A stretch of DNA of 64,000 nucleotides from Octopus vulgaris (lineage: Eukaryota): positions 67,580,001 to 67,644,000 of the forward strand of contig OX597825.1 of assembly GCA_951406725.2 (NCBI GenBank), written 5' to 3'. Made by a program: the position numbers and the translations under genes. Shown in pieces: positions 40,447 through 54,642 of the stretch (position 1 is the first letter of the stretch; every line of letters begins with the position of its first letter). The notes under the pieces were generated by a model. That model saw only the letters and a list, made by a program, of their open reading frames with translations. It made no database searches and was not told where the DNA came from.

Positions 40447-41634
40447 TTATATATATATATATGTCTGTATCTTCCACTCTCTCTCTCTCTCTCCCTCTTT
40501 AACTCACTCACACACTAACTTCTCTCTACAAATTGAATTCCGTCTATTATAATTAGTCGTGCATAAAATATCTCTGTTGTTAGGTTTTGTACTTTTCCCC
40601 TGAAAAATAATTTAGCTATTTTTAATTTTTGTTTAGCCAGTGTGTTTAGATTCAGTTTCGCTACATTTGCCTAAAATTTCACTTCAGTGTATTCCAATTT
40701 TGTCGTGCGTAAATATCTGTCTTTACGGTATTTGTGGGTACTCTTTACAACATTACTTTACTTACTTTCAATTTTTGCACTCCGTCTATTTAAATACACT
40801 GTTTACATATCTCCCTCTATCGAAGAACGTTGAGCGTCCGATCATGTATGCGAACGGATGACCGCTATGGGCTATATACAGCCGATAATATTTCAATTAC
40901 TGAGCGGGCATGCGTTAGAAAAAGCTATCCTAAAGCGGTTCAAGTTTTTACACTCAAGCTATTTTTTTCTAGAAAATGGGGTTTGTAAGTTTTGCCTACA
41001 ACTTGACTTCCATGTCTATATATATGAAATTCTTTGTCGGTCTATGTGTTCCCTATGCATTCACAAACGGTTCAACAAAATCAAATTAAATTTTACAATG
41101 TAATAGCATCAGACCCCATAAGTGTCAACATGTATTTTTTTTTCATTTGGATTAAAACAGAATACCATTGGCACTGGTTCGGTATTACGTTTCAAAATTG
41201 AAATAATAAGATGTATATTGTAATGTCTTATAATATTATTTCACTTGTATTCTTTCATTTTTCATGCTAAGCTTATATTATTTCTCAGAGCGAATTATAA
41301 TATTGTTATACTTTTAATATTGTTACACTTTTAATCTTTCACTTCTGATTCTACTGTGATAAATAAATGAATAAATTATGTCCTAATGTGAACAATATTA
41401 TGCATCGGTAACCTTTCGTCTTTATCCTCCATGGCAGCGGCTTGGTGTATCAGTGTATGTCCGTTGACTGACATAACGAACGGCTGGAGGTGAAACTCTT
41501 GACAAAAAACAATTACGTGGCAGGTCCAAGGTCTACAATAATACACATTTACCGTTCAATTACCAGTTCATAATTGTCGCAGCAGTTGCAAGGTTGCAAG
41601 TTATTTACAATTACATATTTACCCTTAAATTAAC

Positions 41635-42035
41635 GGAGTCTCAATAGAGAAGGGAGATGAGACTTTCCTGTGATCAGCAAAGGCATGCTACACCACGTCA
41701 AATTGAGTGTCAAGGGAGAAGTGGGTTGAGACATTCCCAACGTTAGCAAATGCATGCAGTAGCACATCAAATGGAGTCTGAAGACAGAAGCGATATGAGA
41801 CTTTCTCAAGATCAGCAAACATATGCTGCAGCACGTCAAATGTAGTCTGATGAGAGAAGGGTGATGAGATTTTCCCAACATCAGCAAATGCATGCTGCGG
41901 CACGTCAAATGGTTTCTCAATAGAGAAGCGAGATGAGACTTTCCCAAAATCAGCAAAGGCATGCTGCAACATGTCAGATGGAGTCTGAAGAGAGAAGTGA
42001 GATGAGACTTTCTCAAAATCAGCAAAGGCATGCCC
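41635..42035 (+). repeat. 69-bp x ~6 minisatellite encoding decayed 23-aa STPR-like repeats (Helitron Rep/Hel N-terminus-like)
   Basis: gagact-like anchor at 41659, 41728, 41797, 41866, 41935 and 42004; + frame ESEERSEMRLSQNQQRHAATCQM with stops. Confidence 0.75.
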
Positions 42036-42546
42036 ATACTGCCCACACCCACATCTCCATGACAATTTAGGGCCTGGAATATTCCAAATGGAATCATGAC
42101 ATGTTGCTTAGTGGAATTAGTCCATTATTTACCCCACAAATATTTTGTCGTTAATGCTGCACTCTCCCGTTTCACCTGTTTCAACATAACTGTAATATAT
42201 ATCGTGACGCATATGTGCCATTTGAATATGGCTAACCCCTAAGGGTGGATGCTACTGTAGTTTGTAGCCCCAGGAAGATATCTCCTCCAGCTGGCTATAG
42301 ACACACTATCTGTGTCCTCTCAGTATTTGTGAAGGGAAGTCATCTTCCCCGCCTTCAACTCATGATACACACGGACCCGAGTTTCAAGGTGTTTACCTCT
42401 CATCAGCGTGTGACAATCATGGTTGTCGACGAGAAGTCAGCTCCCTTCACAAATACATATACTTTTTCCAGTGTCGATTGACACTGATATTGAAAAAGTG
42501 AAATCAAACAATGATTGTTTATAACTCGCTCTGAGATTTATCATTG

Positions 42547-42603
<57 letters not shown>

Positions 42604-42618
42604 CTAAGCCAGTTTAAT

Positions 42619-42646
42619 CCCGAGCAACACCGGGTATCTCTGCTAG
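42619..42646 (+). mobile_element. Helitron 3' terminus
   Basis: Hairpin cccg-agcaacac-cggg, 8 nt, then CTAG followed by T. Confidence 0.7.
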
Positions 42647-43901
42647 TATTTCAATAATTACACGGTTAGTATAGATAATTAATTTGTATCAACGTGATGA
42701 GTAATCCGTGTCTTCAGGAGAAAAAATTGGTTTACGAAAATTAAAATACCAATATGGCTTAAAGCATGTGAAAGATATAAATATCTTTGTATGTAAGCAT
42801 CAATATTGAAAATATTAAAAAACGACAGAAAGAACAAAAGAAGGTGATATGCACTTATATATACTGACAAAAACATACATATATATATATGCATGTACAA
42901 ATACAAATATATAATAAATTGAGGCTTATTGCTTCAATAAATGTATATAAATACCTAAGTTGTTACATGTAAGCGTGTGTTTATGGTTCTATATATCTCT
43001 GTGTACGGAAGTTTGTGCATACCATCGTCACTATTGAACCATCACATATTATGCATCAATATTGTTTTAGATCTTGGTTAATACTATGTCTAATGACGTC
43101 GGTCGGATAGCAGGCGCATACGTTTACTTCTAAGGTCGCATGCGTGCCTAAACGAGACTTAAAATGAAACTTTAAATGCTGGGTTAAGTCAGCTGTCTAG
43201 AAAAGAATTGGGTAATTGGATATTGGCAATGTATCGCTCAAGCTGGCACAAGTATCATATAATAGAATACATGGGGAGACAGATAAAGAAGATATCTCAG
43301 GTCCATTTATGATATATTCATATTTATACAACAAACAGCCGTGGTTAAATGTTTGGAATATTTTGTTTTAAATTACAATTGTTATGCCTGCCTAACTACA
43401 ATCCGATTCAAATATATACAACGTAAAGATATAATTGCCGAATAATTGATCCAATGGCTCAATGTCTAGAAGAAAAAAATAGGCAAAATCAAAAATATAA
43501 TTCTAGATCAAATTGCTTACGTTTAATAAATAGAAGGGAGTATATCACGTATACGAAAATATGTTTCAAACTTTTGGCTGTATACAAAGAAATAAAATTA
43601 TAAAGCAGTATAAAGATCAGGAAATTAGTGTAAGTTCTACTGAGGTCTGTTCATAATACTGGTGATGAAAACAGGTAGGCGCCAAACACAGACACGTACA
43701 AACATACATACATATACATATATATATATATAATTACTTGTATATAAATAAATATATATAGACACACACACATCAACACGGGTATATAATTTCATTCTTT
43801 TAGAAGATATGTGTGATAATTTTAAATGTTAACATGCCCCTAACACGCCTCGTTACTTTCAATAAATAGCTTATGCGATTTCCTTCCTGTACTCTTTCCC
43901 A

Positions 43902-43932
<31 letters not shown>

Positions 43933-44212
43933 ACTCTCTTTCTTTCTCTCTCTATCTATCTCCCTCTAATTATTAACATATGAACCTAACTTTCTCTCTT
44001 CATCCTTCTCTTCTCGTCTGCATCTTACCTTAGTGCACATGTCCTGACCGTATCAACATTTGTCTTTCGTTTGGCTTCCGTTTTCTGTTTTAAATTTTAT
44101 TCTTTTTTTCTCTAACTCTTTCACTTCCTTCCTTTTCGTTTTTATTGTTGAAAATATGATACAGCATTTTATTAATTATCATTCTATTCAATTCTTCTTC
44201 TAAACTCATATA

Positions 44213-44277
<65 letters not shown>

Positions 44278-44347
44278 CATTTATGGATATAGATATATAT
44301 ACATATATATTTGAATACAAATATGAGTATGTATATAAGTATGTATG

Positions 44348-44381
<34 letters not shown>

Positions 44382-44768
44382 CGTACGTACGTATGTATGT
44401 ATGTATGTATGTACGTATGTATGTATGTATGTACGTATGTATGTATGTATGTATGTATGCAAATATTAATATGAATCATTTTAAGAATCGAAACGCGTAC
44501 ATAAATAAATGTAAACCGTGTTATGTGTATACGCTTGCAAGGATTTTCAGGCATACATTCGAGGAGTATGCGTGTCGTAAGCGTATATAGCTGTACACAC
44601 GCACGCACACACACACACACACACACGCATACATGCACAAACACAAACACAAACAAACACACACGCACACACTTATATATATATATATATATATATATTT
44701 AAACTTTTTGTCTGACTGCTAAATCTACAAGTTTTTTTTTTCCTTCTCTCTGTTTATTTTCTCTTATT

Positions 44769-44806
44769 TCTTTCTGTTGAAGAGCGTAGGCTCGAAAGAT
44801 AAAAGA
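44769..44806 (+). ncRNA. CUGUUGA-family HHR-like motif (stem III mutated)
   Basis: tcttt-CTGTTGA-a-gagcgtaggctc-GAA-AGAT-A-aaaga. Confidence 0.45.
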
Positions 44807-44894
44807 CGTTTTCATTTTCCCGAGCGTCAAACTAGCAAACTTGCTCCTTGTTCATACAACTGTCTTTGCCTTTTGTTTTTCTATAAATGTCAAC

Positions 44895-44912
<18 letters not shown>

Positions 44913-44956
<44 letters not shown>

Positions 44957-45428
44957 TGTGTGTGTGTTTGTGTGTCTGTGTTTGTCTCCCCAGCATCGCT
45001 TGTCAACCAATGCTGGCGTGTTTACGTCCCCATAACTTAGCGGTTCGGCAAAGGGGGCGATAGAATAAGTACTAGGCTTACAAAGAATAAGTCCTGGGGT
45101 CGATTTGCTCGACTAAAAAGGCGGTGCTTCAGCATGGCCACAGTCAAATGACTGAAACAGGTAAAAAGATAAGAGTAAAGAGTATATATAATACATACAA
45201 GGCGGCGAGCTGGCAGAAACGTTAGCATGCCGGGCGAAATGCTTAGCGGTATTTTGTCTGCCGCTACGTTCTGAGTTCAAATTCCGCCGAGGTCGACTTT
45301 GCCTTTCATCCTTTCGGGGTCGATAAATTAAGTACCAGTTCACTGGGGTCGATGTAATCGACTTAATCCGTTTGTCTGTCCTTATTTGTCCCGTCTGTGT
45401 TTAGCCCCTTGTGGGTAGTAAAGAAATA
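44913..45428 (+). mobile_element. SINE A 3' half (to 45184) followed by full-length SINE B (45201-45428)
   Basis: Consensus-like sequences; SINE B has a tRNA-like head and ttcaaattcc B-box. Confidence 0.9.
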
Positions 45429-46702
45429 TATATATAATACATACATAAATGTATGTACATGTGTATATATTCATATATTAATAAGTGCGTGCACCAGTTT
45501 CTTCCATGCATATAAACTAAAGATAGTTTGAATTTTAATATATATACAAAATTTTGTTATATAAACATGCGTGTCTATAATTGCTGGTTTGTACGTGCGT
45601 GCGTGTGTGTATATGTCTTTGCTTGTATATGCACATGAGTGTGCATACAAGCTCATTTACTTATGCCACACATTGGACTATGGTTATACTGGGGTGACTA
45701 CTTTCAAGGATTATAATAAATCCAGTTGTCTCTGCTGGACAGAGGAGAAAATGAGAGAAACTTTAAAATGTCTTAAGTCAAATAAGTCAGCATCTAAGCA
45801 GTGGTACCAAAGCAGCCGTGCCAAAATGTCTCATACTCCTGAATATAATTGTAGAAGAGTCGTTCACAGTTTATGTGACTTCTTTCCGAAGTTGAAATAG
45901 AAATTTTACAGACGCACTTCTTAAGTATATCTCGAAGAAGAAAAACTATTTAAAAAGTTTGGAAAATTATGGAATTCATTTTATCAACATTTTCCCCAAA
46001 CTGCTATATTTCGGTTGTCAAGCGGTTACAAACACAAACAGAAAAATATACCCACACATGCATTTATCTACCTACTCTTACACTCACACACACATACACA
46101 TAGACAGACACATACATACATAGACATCACACGCACACACACATATATACATTTATACATGATTATATACATGCATATATGTGTGTATATATGCAAGTTT
46201 GTGTGTAAGTATCATTCTAAAACTATAACATTGAAAGAAAGTGTTGAGTTTGATGTTATTTTTATTTTTACAATTACTATACTTCTCACTGACGTCTTTA
46301 GTTATACAGTTAAAGATTTTCTTGTTGTTATTGTTGTTATGGTTATTGTTGTTGCTGTGTTGTCGTCGTCGTCGTCGTCGTCGTTATTGTTGTTGCGTCT
46401 CTTCCATCTGAACAGACTTTGTTTAATGGCGGTATTTAATCTTTGTGTTGAGTGTGAAATAGACTCCAGGAAACAGAGACAGGCACACAGTCATTAAAAA
46501 AAAATATATTTAATACTGAATACAAACGAACTTTTGCACAATCTGTAAAAGAGAGGAAAAAAGACAATACAAAGCTAAACAATCACAAACATTTGTTAAT
46601 ATAGAATAGCGTTGAGAGCAAGAAATTTGTGATAAAGAGTAAAAGTACTTATCCTTTCTACTATGGGCACAAAGCCTGGAATTCTGGGGTAGGGGTTAGT
46701 TA

Positions 46703-46915
46703 TATGTTTGTGTGTCTGTGTTTGTCCCCCCAACATCGCTTGACAACCGATGCTGGTGTGTTTACGTCCCCGTAACTTAGTGGTTCGGCAAAAGAGACCC
46801 GATAGAATAGGTACTAGGCTTACAAAGAATACGTCCTGGGGGTCGATTTGCTCGACTAAAGGCGGTGCTCCAGCATGGCTGCAGTCATATGACGGAAACA
46901 AGTGAAAAAGTATAA
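46703..46915 (+). mobile_element. SINE A 3' half at a putative inversion breakpoint
   Basis: Begins abruptly after a 97-bp segment duplicated in inverted form at 51746-51842. Confidence 0.85.
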
Positions 46916-47427
46916 AGTGTTGTAATGTTAATTATTTAATGTATTTGAGAAACACATGAACACAACATTCCACATTCGCTCCATCTCTGTGTCAATAAAG
47001 ATCATCCTTCGTTGATAAGTCTTTGATTTGATCAGGAAAAAATCCATCAGTCAATCACTAGTACATCTCTAGAGTGTTTAATCAATACATTTCCTTTGAA
47101 GATGGCGAATTGATGGAGTCATTAGAGTATCAAACAGAAAGCTTTGCTGCATTTGTTCTAGCTCTCTAATGGCAACTCCGCACCGTGGTCGTTTCTTTTT
47201 CCTGCTGAGCTGCAAACTAATGATGGAGTAGATCCATTCTAGTTAACCTTTTCATTAAAACCGGCTTCTGTAGGAGTAAAATGCTTAATGGAATCCAAAG
47301 AAGGGGCCACAAACAGGCTAAGTAACCGCTTTTGTCATCATTTCCCTTTTACTCTTTAAAGAAGTGTGTAAAACTGAGATTTGAACTTCTGGTTTCACCA
47401 CCCGTTTTCCCATGATATACGGAACAC

Positions 47428-47682
47428 TACCTTGTGAAAGGTAGGAGAGTCCAGTTTGCTGGACATTGTTGTAGAGCTGAAAAAGAAGTAATTTCTACTC
47501 TTCTCCTCTGGAAGCCATCTACTCGCAATACCAGAGGGCGCACACTCTCCTACCCTGATGTAATCTCCAGGGATACAGGCATCCAGTAACAGGACCTCCG
47601 TAATGCTATGATGGCCGTGAAGTCTGGCGTAGCATGGTAAATTCCATTGTCTCGACCACGGTCGAACAATGATGATGATGAA
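47428..47682 (+). mobile_element. RTE-clade LINE 3' fragment
   Basis: LVKGRRVQFAGHCCRAEKEVISTLLLWKP..RGRTLSYPDVISRDTG.. and (TGA)n tail. Confidence 0.8.
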
Positions 47683-48189
47683 CACTATAAATAATCAGAG
47701 ATTGTGAAAGAAGGAAGCAACGAGAAACAAATTCATGGCTTTTTAGTTGAGAGGTCTAAAAATAAATTATAAAACCCTAACGTCGCGCCTTATTTACTGG
47801 TCATGAGGATCGGGTGGTGGTTGTAATTTGTTAATTTACAAGCAATTTCTACAGATTGGAAACGTATACAGGAGTCAATTTGATGGTTTTCTAATAATTT
47901 GAATATTGACAAATTTTATTAGATAACAAAACGATTCGACTGAAAATATTCTATTTTTGAGCTGTGACAAAAACAGAGTATTGTATTCATGAATAGCGTT
48001 ATCTGATGTAGTCTAACCCGCGGCAAAATTCCAATTTACTTCTATGAAATCAATATAGACAAATCTCCAGTGATCAGAGATGCTGATTATAATGATTAAT
48101 GACATGTTTCATACTTCATACTTCTTGAGAGTGTAACTTTCAGAAGTAAAGAAATAAATAGTTCGTCATTATTTATCCATTATAGTAAT

Positions 48190-48808
48190 AACGATTTCTA
48201 ATTCAGGCACAAAGCCAGCAATTAGAGGAAGATGGGGGATAGTCGGCGCTCACATCCCCAGTATATGACTGATACTTTATTTTTAGCGATTCCGAAAGGA
48301 TTAAAATAAAAAGTTGATCCGACGAAATTTGAGCTCAGAGAGTGAAATACTCTGCGATAGATATTGCTAAGTATTTTATCGGACTTTTGAATAATTCTGC
48401 CAGTTCGCTGCCTATCTGTTAAAGCAATAAGGATTTCAAATTTTGGCACAAATCGACCTCGGAAGGATGAAAGGCAACATCGTCTTCGGCGAAATTTGAA
48501 CTCACAACGTAAAGACGCACGAAATACCGCTAAGCATTCGGCCCAGCGTGCTAATGATCCTACCAGCGCGCCATCTTTACCTGTTATAATAATATTTTCT
48601 TCGATAGGCACAAGGCACAAAATTTGGTGGGAGGGGGCTAGTCGATTAGATCGGCCCCAGTACGAAAGTGGTACTTAATTTATTGACCTCGAAAGTATAA
48701 AAGGCGAAGTCGACCGAGGCGGAACTTGAACTCCGAAAGTAAAGATTGACGAATACCGCTAAGCATTTTGCTCGGAGTGCTAACGGTTCCGCCATCTCGC
48801 CGCCTTCC
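48190..48808 (-). mobile_element. Three tandem diverged SINE B copies
   Basis: Repeated gaatttgaactc...aataccgctaagcatt...ccagctcgcc-like units ending near 48412, 48575 and 48805. Confidence 0.75.
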
Positions 48809-51091
48809 TGTTATAGTAATAATGAATTGGAAAGGTCCTTTTGCTGTGCGGTTGCTGTTGTTATTGTTGTTTAACCCTGGCTGAATAGGACAAACCTGAA
48901 AAGCATTAAATTCATTATAAAACCACCTCTTTTAGCAGTCTGTTGGGAAACTTTATCTAATGTCTAATTCTATTTGTCAAGAGAAGACAATATGATTTGA
49001 GGGAAATTTGTGTGCTATTTCTATCTGAATAAACAACCATACAGAAGCTATTTTGCTGGATGTTCTCTAACGTCAGATTTTGTGTCATGCAGTCATTCTC
49101 GACGCCGTATATAATATATTAAATTATACAATCTATATAAAACGAAACTATATTTGTGCTACGACAACAAAGCGAAACCACATTTGGTATGTCATTAGTC
49201 AGAGAAGATAAAATTACATGCCATTCTATTAATGTTTCTAAACAGACACTAATTCTGAACAGCAATATCCTACCAAACTTTAGCGACTATCCATCAGTTG
49301 ACTCGACGCTTATGTTAAAATTTTGATTTTATTTATGTTATCATCAGAAATATTTTACTTTTTGGCGAGCTATCAATTTGTCGTGTATCGGATTTTTAGT
49401 TTAATGATTTTTGGCTTCTATATATATTTTTTTATTTTGTCTTTTTTAGTGCATTATCTTTTATATTTAACTCTTACTTCTCACTGAATTAAAATCTCAG
49501 AAGAATCAGTACAATTAATCTTCTTTTGCCTTCGGATTACCGGAAACATGAAAAGGCGCGACTAAAATAAGATTGAGCTTTATTTGCTATTGATCTTTTC
49601 TGCTTGGATGAATATGAATACATCAAATGCAAAAAAAAACAAACAAACAAATTATCGCTGATGCGAATTTCGGAGACAATAATGTATACGACCGGGAATA
49701 TATGTTACCCGGGTTATATTCAGAGTGAAGTGTCGGCAAATGTAGCAGAAACATCCAGGTATACTACTGACTGTTTATTTCCATCCGCCAATATTTTAAG
49801 AACAACATTATCGTTAAATCTTTCGCTGTAGATGGAATCGTTACGATCGATTTATGGAGCTGATTTTAACCACTCTCTGTCATTTATCAGTATAGGAAAA
49901 ATTGAATCATTTTCCTTGGTCTTGTGATGCTCACCTGTTTAATGGCGTCTAGTGTCTCTAGCAATGAAAACTATAAAACATGAAGTGAGAAATGATCTTC
50001 TGGTAAGCATATTCTGAGACCCGTTTTCTATTCCTTGTAGGATAAATTTCACTGCATTTATTTCAAGAATCATTTCAACATAGGACTATCTGCCATTTTG
50101 ATTTATTTTCCACAACTCATTTATATAAAGCTAAATCATTGTCAATTTGATGTATATTATCGTTAATTTTAATTGTAAATTTGATTAATATTAAGTTGAC
50201 TTGAAGCCTACAACTCACTAACATTGCGAGTCGCCAAAATAATCTCAGCTGCACTTCAAAGACGTTATAAAGAATTCCTATTCAAATTTCAATCTACTAG
50301 TTGGTATTGTTGGTATTGTTGTCTTATATACACATTATGAATAAGAAAAAAAAAGGCCACAGAAGTTGGGATTATTTCACCATAGTTTGCTCAAGTTTGA
50401 AGTCGCGTTTCACAACAATGATATCCACATTGTGTCTATATTATCTTTTTTGATTTCTGTAGAAAAAACAAAAGAAAAAAAAGGTAAAAAAAAATCAAGC
50501 CGAAGTAGGTATTTTCATACCTTGAAGGCAGAGGGAAGTTCTATAACGGTAATGTAGACAAAGAAGTTTGTGGAAGTAAGCGTATGAAGTACAAAGAGAA
50601 CGTGAGTTTATCTCATTACGCAAAAAATTCTTATATATATATATATCATGTTTGTTTTTTAACAATATTTCTCTAATAAGAAATTTAGAATAACATTTTT
50701 TTCAAGGTGTAGGAGCATACATATTAATGTTTTAATGATCTCAGTTATATTCCACATTTGTATACACTGCTTGTGACACCCCATTTTTGAACCACATCCA
50801 TGTGAGAACAGCCTTATCATTTTATAGGTTAGAATAGTGCACTCGTGTACATAAGATGGTTATTTCGACTCGAAAACCGGCGGTGTATCGTGATCTTGAG
50901 CAAACACCTTTATTTCACGTTGCCCAGTCCGTTCAGCTGTAAATCGGTAGCTTAGCCACTTAGCCAACAGGGTGGTACCATTGAATATGTAAAACAGTAC
51001 GTGAAAGCGCATTGTCACCAGCGGTGTATAACTAGAAGCGATAGACCGTCATTTGCATTACTACAGATAACTTATTAACTTTATATTTAAT

Positions 51092-51255
51092 AGGCGTAGG
51101 AGTGGCTGTGTGGTAAGAAGCTTGCTTATCTACCACATGGCTCCGGGTTCAGTCCCACTGCGTGGCACCTTGGGCAAGTGTCTTCTACCATAGCCTCGGG
51201 CCGACCAAAGCCTTGTGAGTGAATTTGGTAGACGGAAACTAAAAGAAGCCAGTCG

Positions 51256-51313
<58 letters not shown>

Positions 51314-51498
51314 TCCCCTCAACAAAATACACACATAGACACTACGCACTAGCGGTTCGGCAAAATAGACCGATAGAATAGGTACTAGGCTTACAAAGAA
51401 TAAGTCCTGGGGTTGATTTGCTCGACTAAAGGCGGTGCTCCAGCATGACCACAGTCAAATGACTGAAAGAAGTAAAAGAGTAAAGAGTAAAAAGAGTA
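51092..51498 (+). mobile_element. SINE family A, full length
   Basis: ggcgtaggagtggctgtgtggtaag...gggttcagtcccactgcg head; (GAGTAAA)n tail. Confidence 0.92.
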
Positions 51499-51599
51499 AT
51501 TACAGATATTTTATTTTCTTAATATTGTTTATTATAGAAAATGCTTTCATGATTTTGCAGTTTGCTGATAATTGTGGTTAGAATTACGTTTATCTTAAG

Positions 51600-51888
51600 G
51601 CAGCTTTATCTTTAGCACGCTGGACAAAATATTTAGTAGTATTTTGCCTGTCGCTCCGCTCTGAGTTCAAATTCCGCCGAGGTCGACCTTGCCTTTCACC
51701 CTTTCGGTGTCAATAAACTAAATACCAGTTGTGCACTGGGTCGATCATATAACTAACCCCTACCCCAGAATTCCAGGCTTTGTGTCCATAGTAGAAAGGA
51801 TAAGTACTTTTACTCTTTATCACAAATTTCTTGCTCTCAACGTTGTGGTTGTTAAGCAAGCTACTTACCACGCAGCTACTCCTACTCC
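51600..51888. mobile_element. SINE B (+, 51600-51800) then an isolated SINE A head (-, 51845-51888)
   Basis: Similarity to family copies. Confidence 0.75.
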
Positions 51889-52450
51889 TTTATGGATACA
51901 TTCCCTGTACATATACATCTCTATACCATTAATGATCAACCTAGGGGAAGCTCGCTCTTTCGTGCTCAACAATAAGTCATATCATATGTTTTATTTTAGA
52001 AACTTCCGCAATCGTAATAGAGGAGGCAGACCAAATTTTTAGGACTATTGCCCCCTTGACACCTAGACATATTCTTCGCGGCCCTATTCCAACTTACAAT
52101 CACAAGCATAGACCTATTTCTGAAGCAAATTCAAAGCAATTCTTGTTCACAAATTAAACTCGACCTAATAAACCCATTATCTTTCTTTCACAACCCCATT
52201 TTCGCCCCAATTTTTACATGAATCGCCTCCGGGTGTTGGGGTGGGGCAATACCGCCCACTTGGGGAATCACTGTTATAGAGTCTATCTATAATATATCTA
52301 TAATATAGACAGACACAAACAACATGAAATTGAAAATCTGGCTAAGCTAATGATGGGCAGAGATTTCTGTGGCAGTATTTTGAGACATACCTCAGTTGCA
52401 ACATATAAAAACGGTATGAAGCAAATAACTACAAGAAACGTTTAAGTGAT

Positions 52451-52521
<71 letters not shown>

Positions 52522-52525
<4 letters not shown>

Positions 52526-53536
52526 GTACATTGGAAGGTAATGTAAGAGATATGTCTTTTCTTGGCTTATCTATTTATTTAAGCTGAAGGAGAGGAAGAG
52601 TTGACAGGGAGGGGAATGATGTAGTGTCCAGGACAGTTTAAACCTATACTTGTAATCTTGACTTGTTAATTGGACAGCATTTCACTGCTGTGGTTGATAT
52701 TGTCCACCACCCCGGTCAGCCTTGAACGAGCCACTCTATGATGAAAGACATTCTACCATTATTTTGTATATCATGTGGCCTTCTTTATTGAAGACCGCTG
52801 GGTGTTACTTGAGAGAAATTTGGCTGCTATTTCCGCAAGAGTCAAATTACTCTAGAGACCTCTTCATCACTTAGTTGATAATTTATTCTTAATTTATGAA
52901 TTTGATTTTCATTAATACTGTGTAATGTTATGCCGAGATTCTCTGTTTAGTTCATTAATAATTTCATGATTTTGTCATTTTAATTTGTATTCTTATGAAC
53001 CAGCTCAATTTGTAAGGATATGGATTTTCGCTGATGTTCAAGAATCTGATGACGTTCCTTTGTTTGGTGATAGGCGTGGTGATAACGGTAACGATGATCA
53101 TGATAATGGTGATATCGCTATTACTATGCTGTTATCTTCTAAATCTCCTTGTCCATATTTTTGTTACATGTTATTTTGGCTTTGGTTATAATGCAATTTC
53201 TACTCCCTCTTTTTTATTGTTATCCATGTTCATGCATGATACAGTGCAGTTCCTATTGTTGTTATTGTTGTTGTTGCTGTTAATGTTCCTGTTGCTGTTT
53301 CCATGATAAAAGGATATCACACAACATATCTGCTGACTCTTGTACACCGCAGGGGATGCACCTGGTATACATTATACGCTACAGTAATAACGTTATAATT
53401 ATATTGTAAACAAACCACATGGAATAGATCGAACATTTTAATCAAATCCAAACTATGATTTCAGCTCTCACGTGAAAGAGTTAATTAACTGGAATCAATA
53501 AACTGAGAAATTACAATCTCAGACTTTCAGTATCTG

Positions 53537-53586
<50 letters not shown>

Positions 53587-53720
53587 TCTGTCTGTATATT
53601 GGAAGGTTATGAAAGAGACATGTCCTTTTCTTGGTTTATCTGTTTATTTAAGTTGAAAGAGAGGTAGAACCGATAGGGAGGGGAATGATGTAGTGTCCAA
53701 GACAGTTTAAACCTATACTT
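52522..53720. repeat. Dispersed direct duplication of ~130 bp (52522-52650 and 53591-53720), each preceded by (CT)n
   Basis: tctgta.attggaagg...gacagtttaaacctatactt in both copies. Confidence 0.85.
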
Positions 53721-53891
53721 CCAGACTGATGAGAGACACTTATGTAGCAGGCAATGCTTAACGTAAACATCTTCAGACCTAAAACACGAAGAAAAACATG
53801 TTATTTTTATTGGTGTGTTGCCGTTGATGTTATTGGTGTTGTTTTCTTTTTGCTTAAATTAAACGAGGCTATCTATAGTAGACGAAACACT

Positions 53892-54270
53892 GGTGGCTAT
53901 GTGGTAAAAAGTTTGCTTTCCAACCAAACGGTTTCGGGTTCAGTCCCACCGCATTGCATTTTCGGCACGTATCATCTGCTATTGTCTCGGCTCGAACAAA
54001 TCCTTGTGAATGGATTTGACAGACGGAAACTGAAAAGAAGCCCGTCGTATATATACATGTGCGTGTATCTTTGTGTCTGTGTTTGTCTCCACCACCACTA
54101 CCGCTTGACAGCCGGTGTTGCTGTTTCTACGCCGTCATAACTTGGTGGTTCAGCAAAATAGATCGATAGAATACATACCAGACTTTAAAATATAAGTATC
54201 GAGGTCATTTCGTTCGACTAAAATTCTTTAATGTGATGCCCCAGCATGGCCACAGTAGCACGTGAAACAC
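53892..54270 (+). mobile_element. Diverged SINE family A
   Basis: gtggctatgtggtaaaa...gacggaaactgaaaagaagcccgtcg...ccagcatggccacagt. Confidence 0.8.
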
Positions 54271-54327
54271 AGAAAAAATATATGTATATATATCTTTTAT
54301 CTTTATTATATACATATATATATATAT

Positions 54328-54642
54328 AATTAGAAAAAAAACCCACCTTTTATCGATTCAAAATGAACAATTAAATTGCACCATCCAGAAAATTACATAT
54401 AATAGAAAAGTTCAAATTAAAATAACAATAAAATGTAAAGATTAAGTAAATTGCAAAAATAATAATAAAAACGTATATTATAGGTATTATATTATATACG
54501 TTTTTATTATTATTTTTGCAATTTACTTAATCTTTACATTTTATTGTTATTTTAATTTTAACTTTTCTATTATATGTAATTTTCTAGATGGTGTAATTTA
54601 ATTGTTCATTTTGAATTGATAAAAGGTGGCTTTTTTCTAATT
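54328..54642. repeat. Fold-back inverted repeat (~150-bp arms), Penelope-like terminus
   Basis: Arms complementary about ~54485; followed by a tail similar to 5881-5960. Confidence 0.9.

Noticed and set aside
41635-42035. Regularly spaced repeats as a CRISPR array
   Set aside because: Whole units are homologous with no unique spacers; eukaryotic context, no cas genes
41630-42097. Two overlapping minus-strand ORFs with 23-aa periodicity (could mimic LRR or zinc-finger repeats)
   Set aside because: No LRR or C2H2 consensus; better explained as antisense of the STPR-like + frame
53725-53760. Isolated CTGATGA (also 53045, and CTGACGA on the minus strand near 35505)
   Set aside because: No matching GAAA and closing stems
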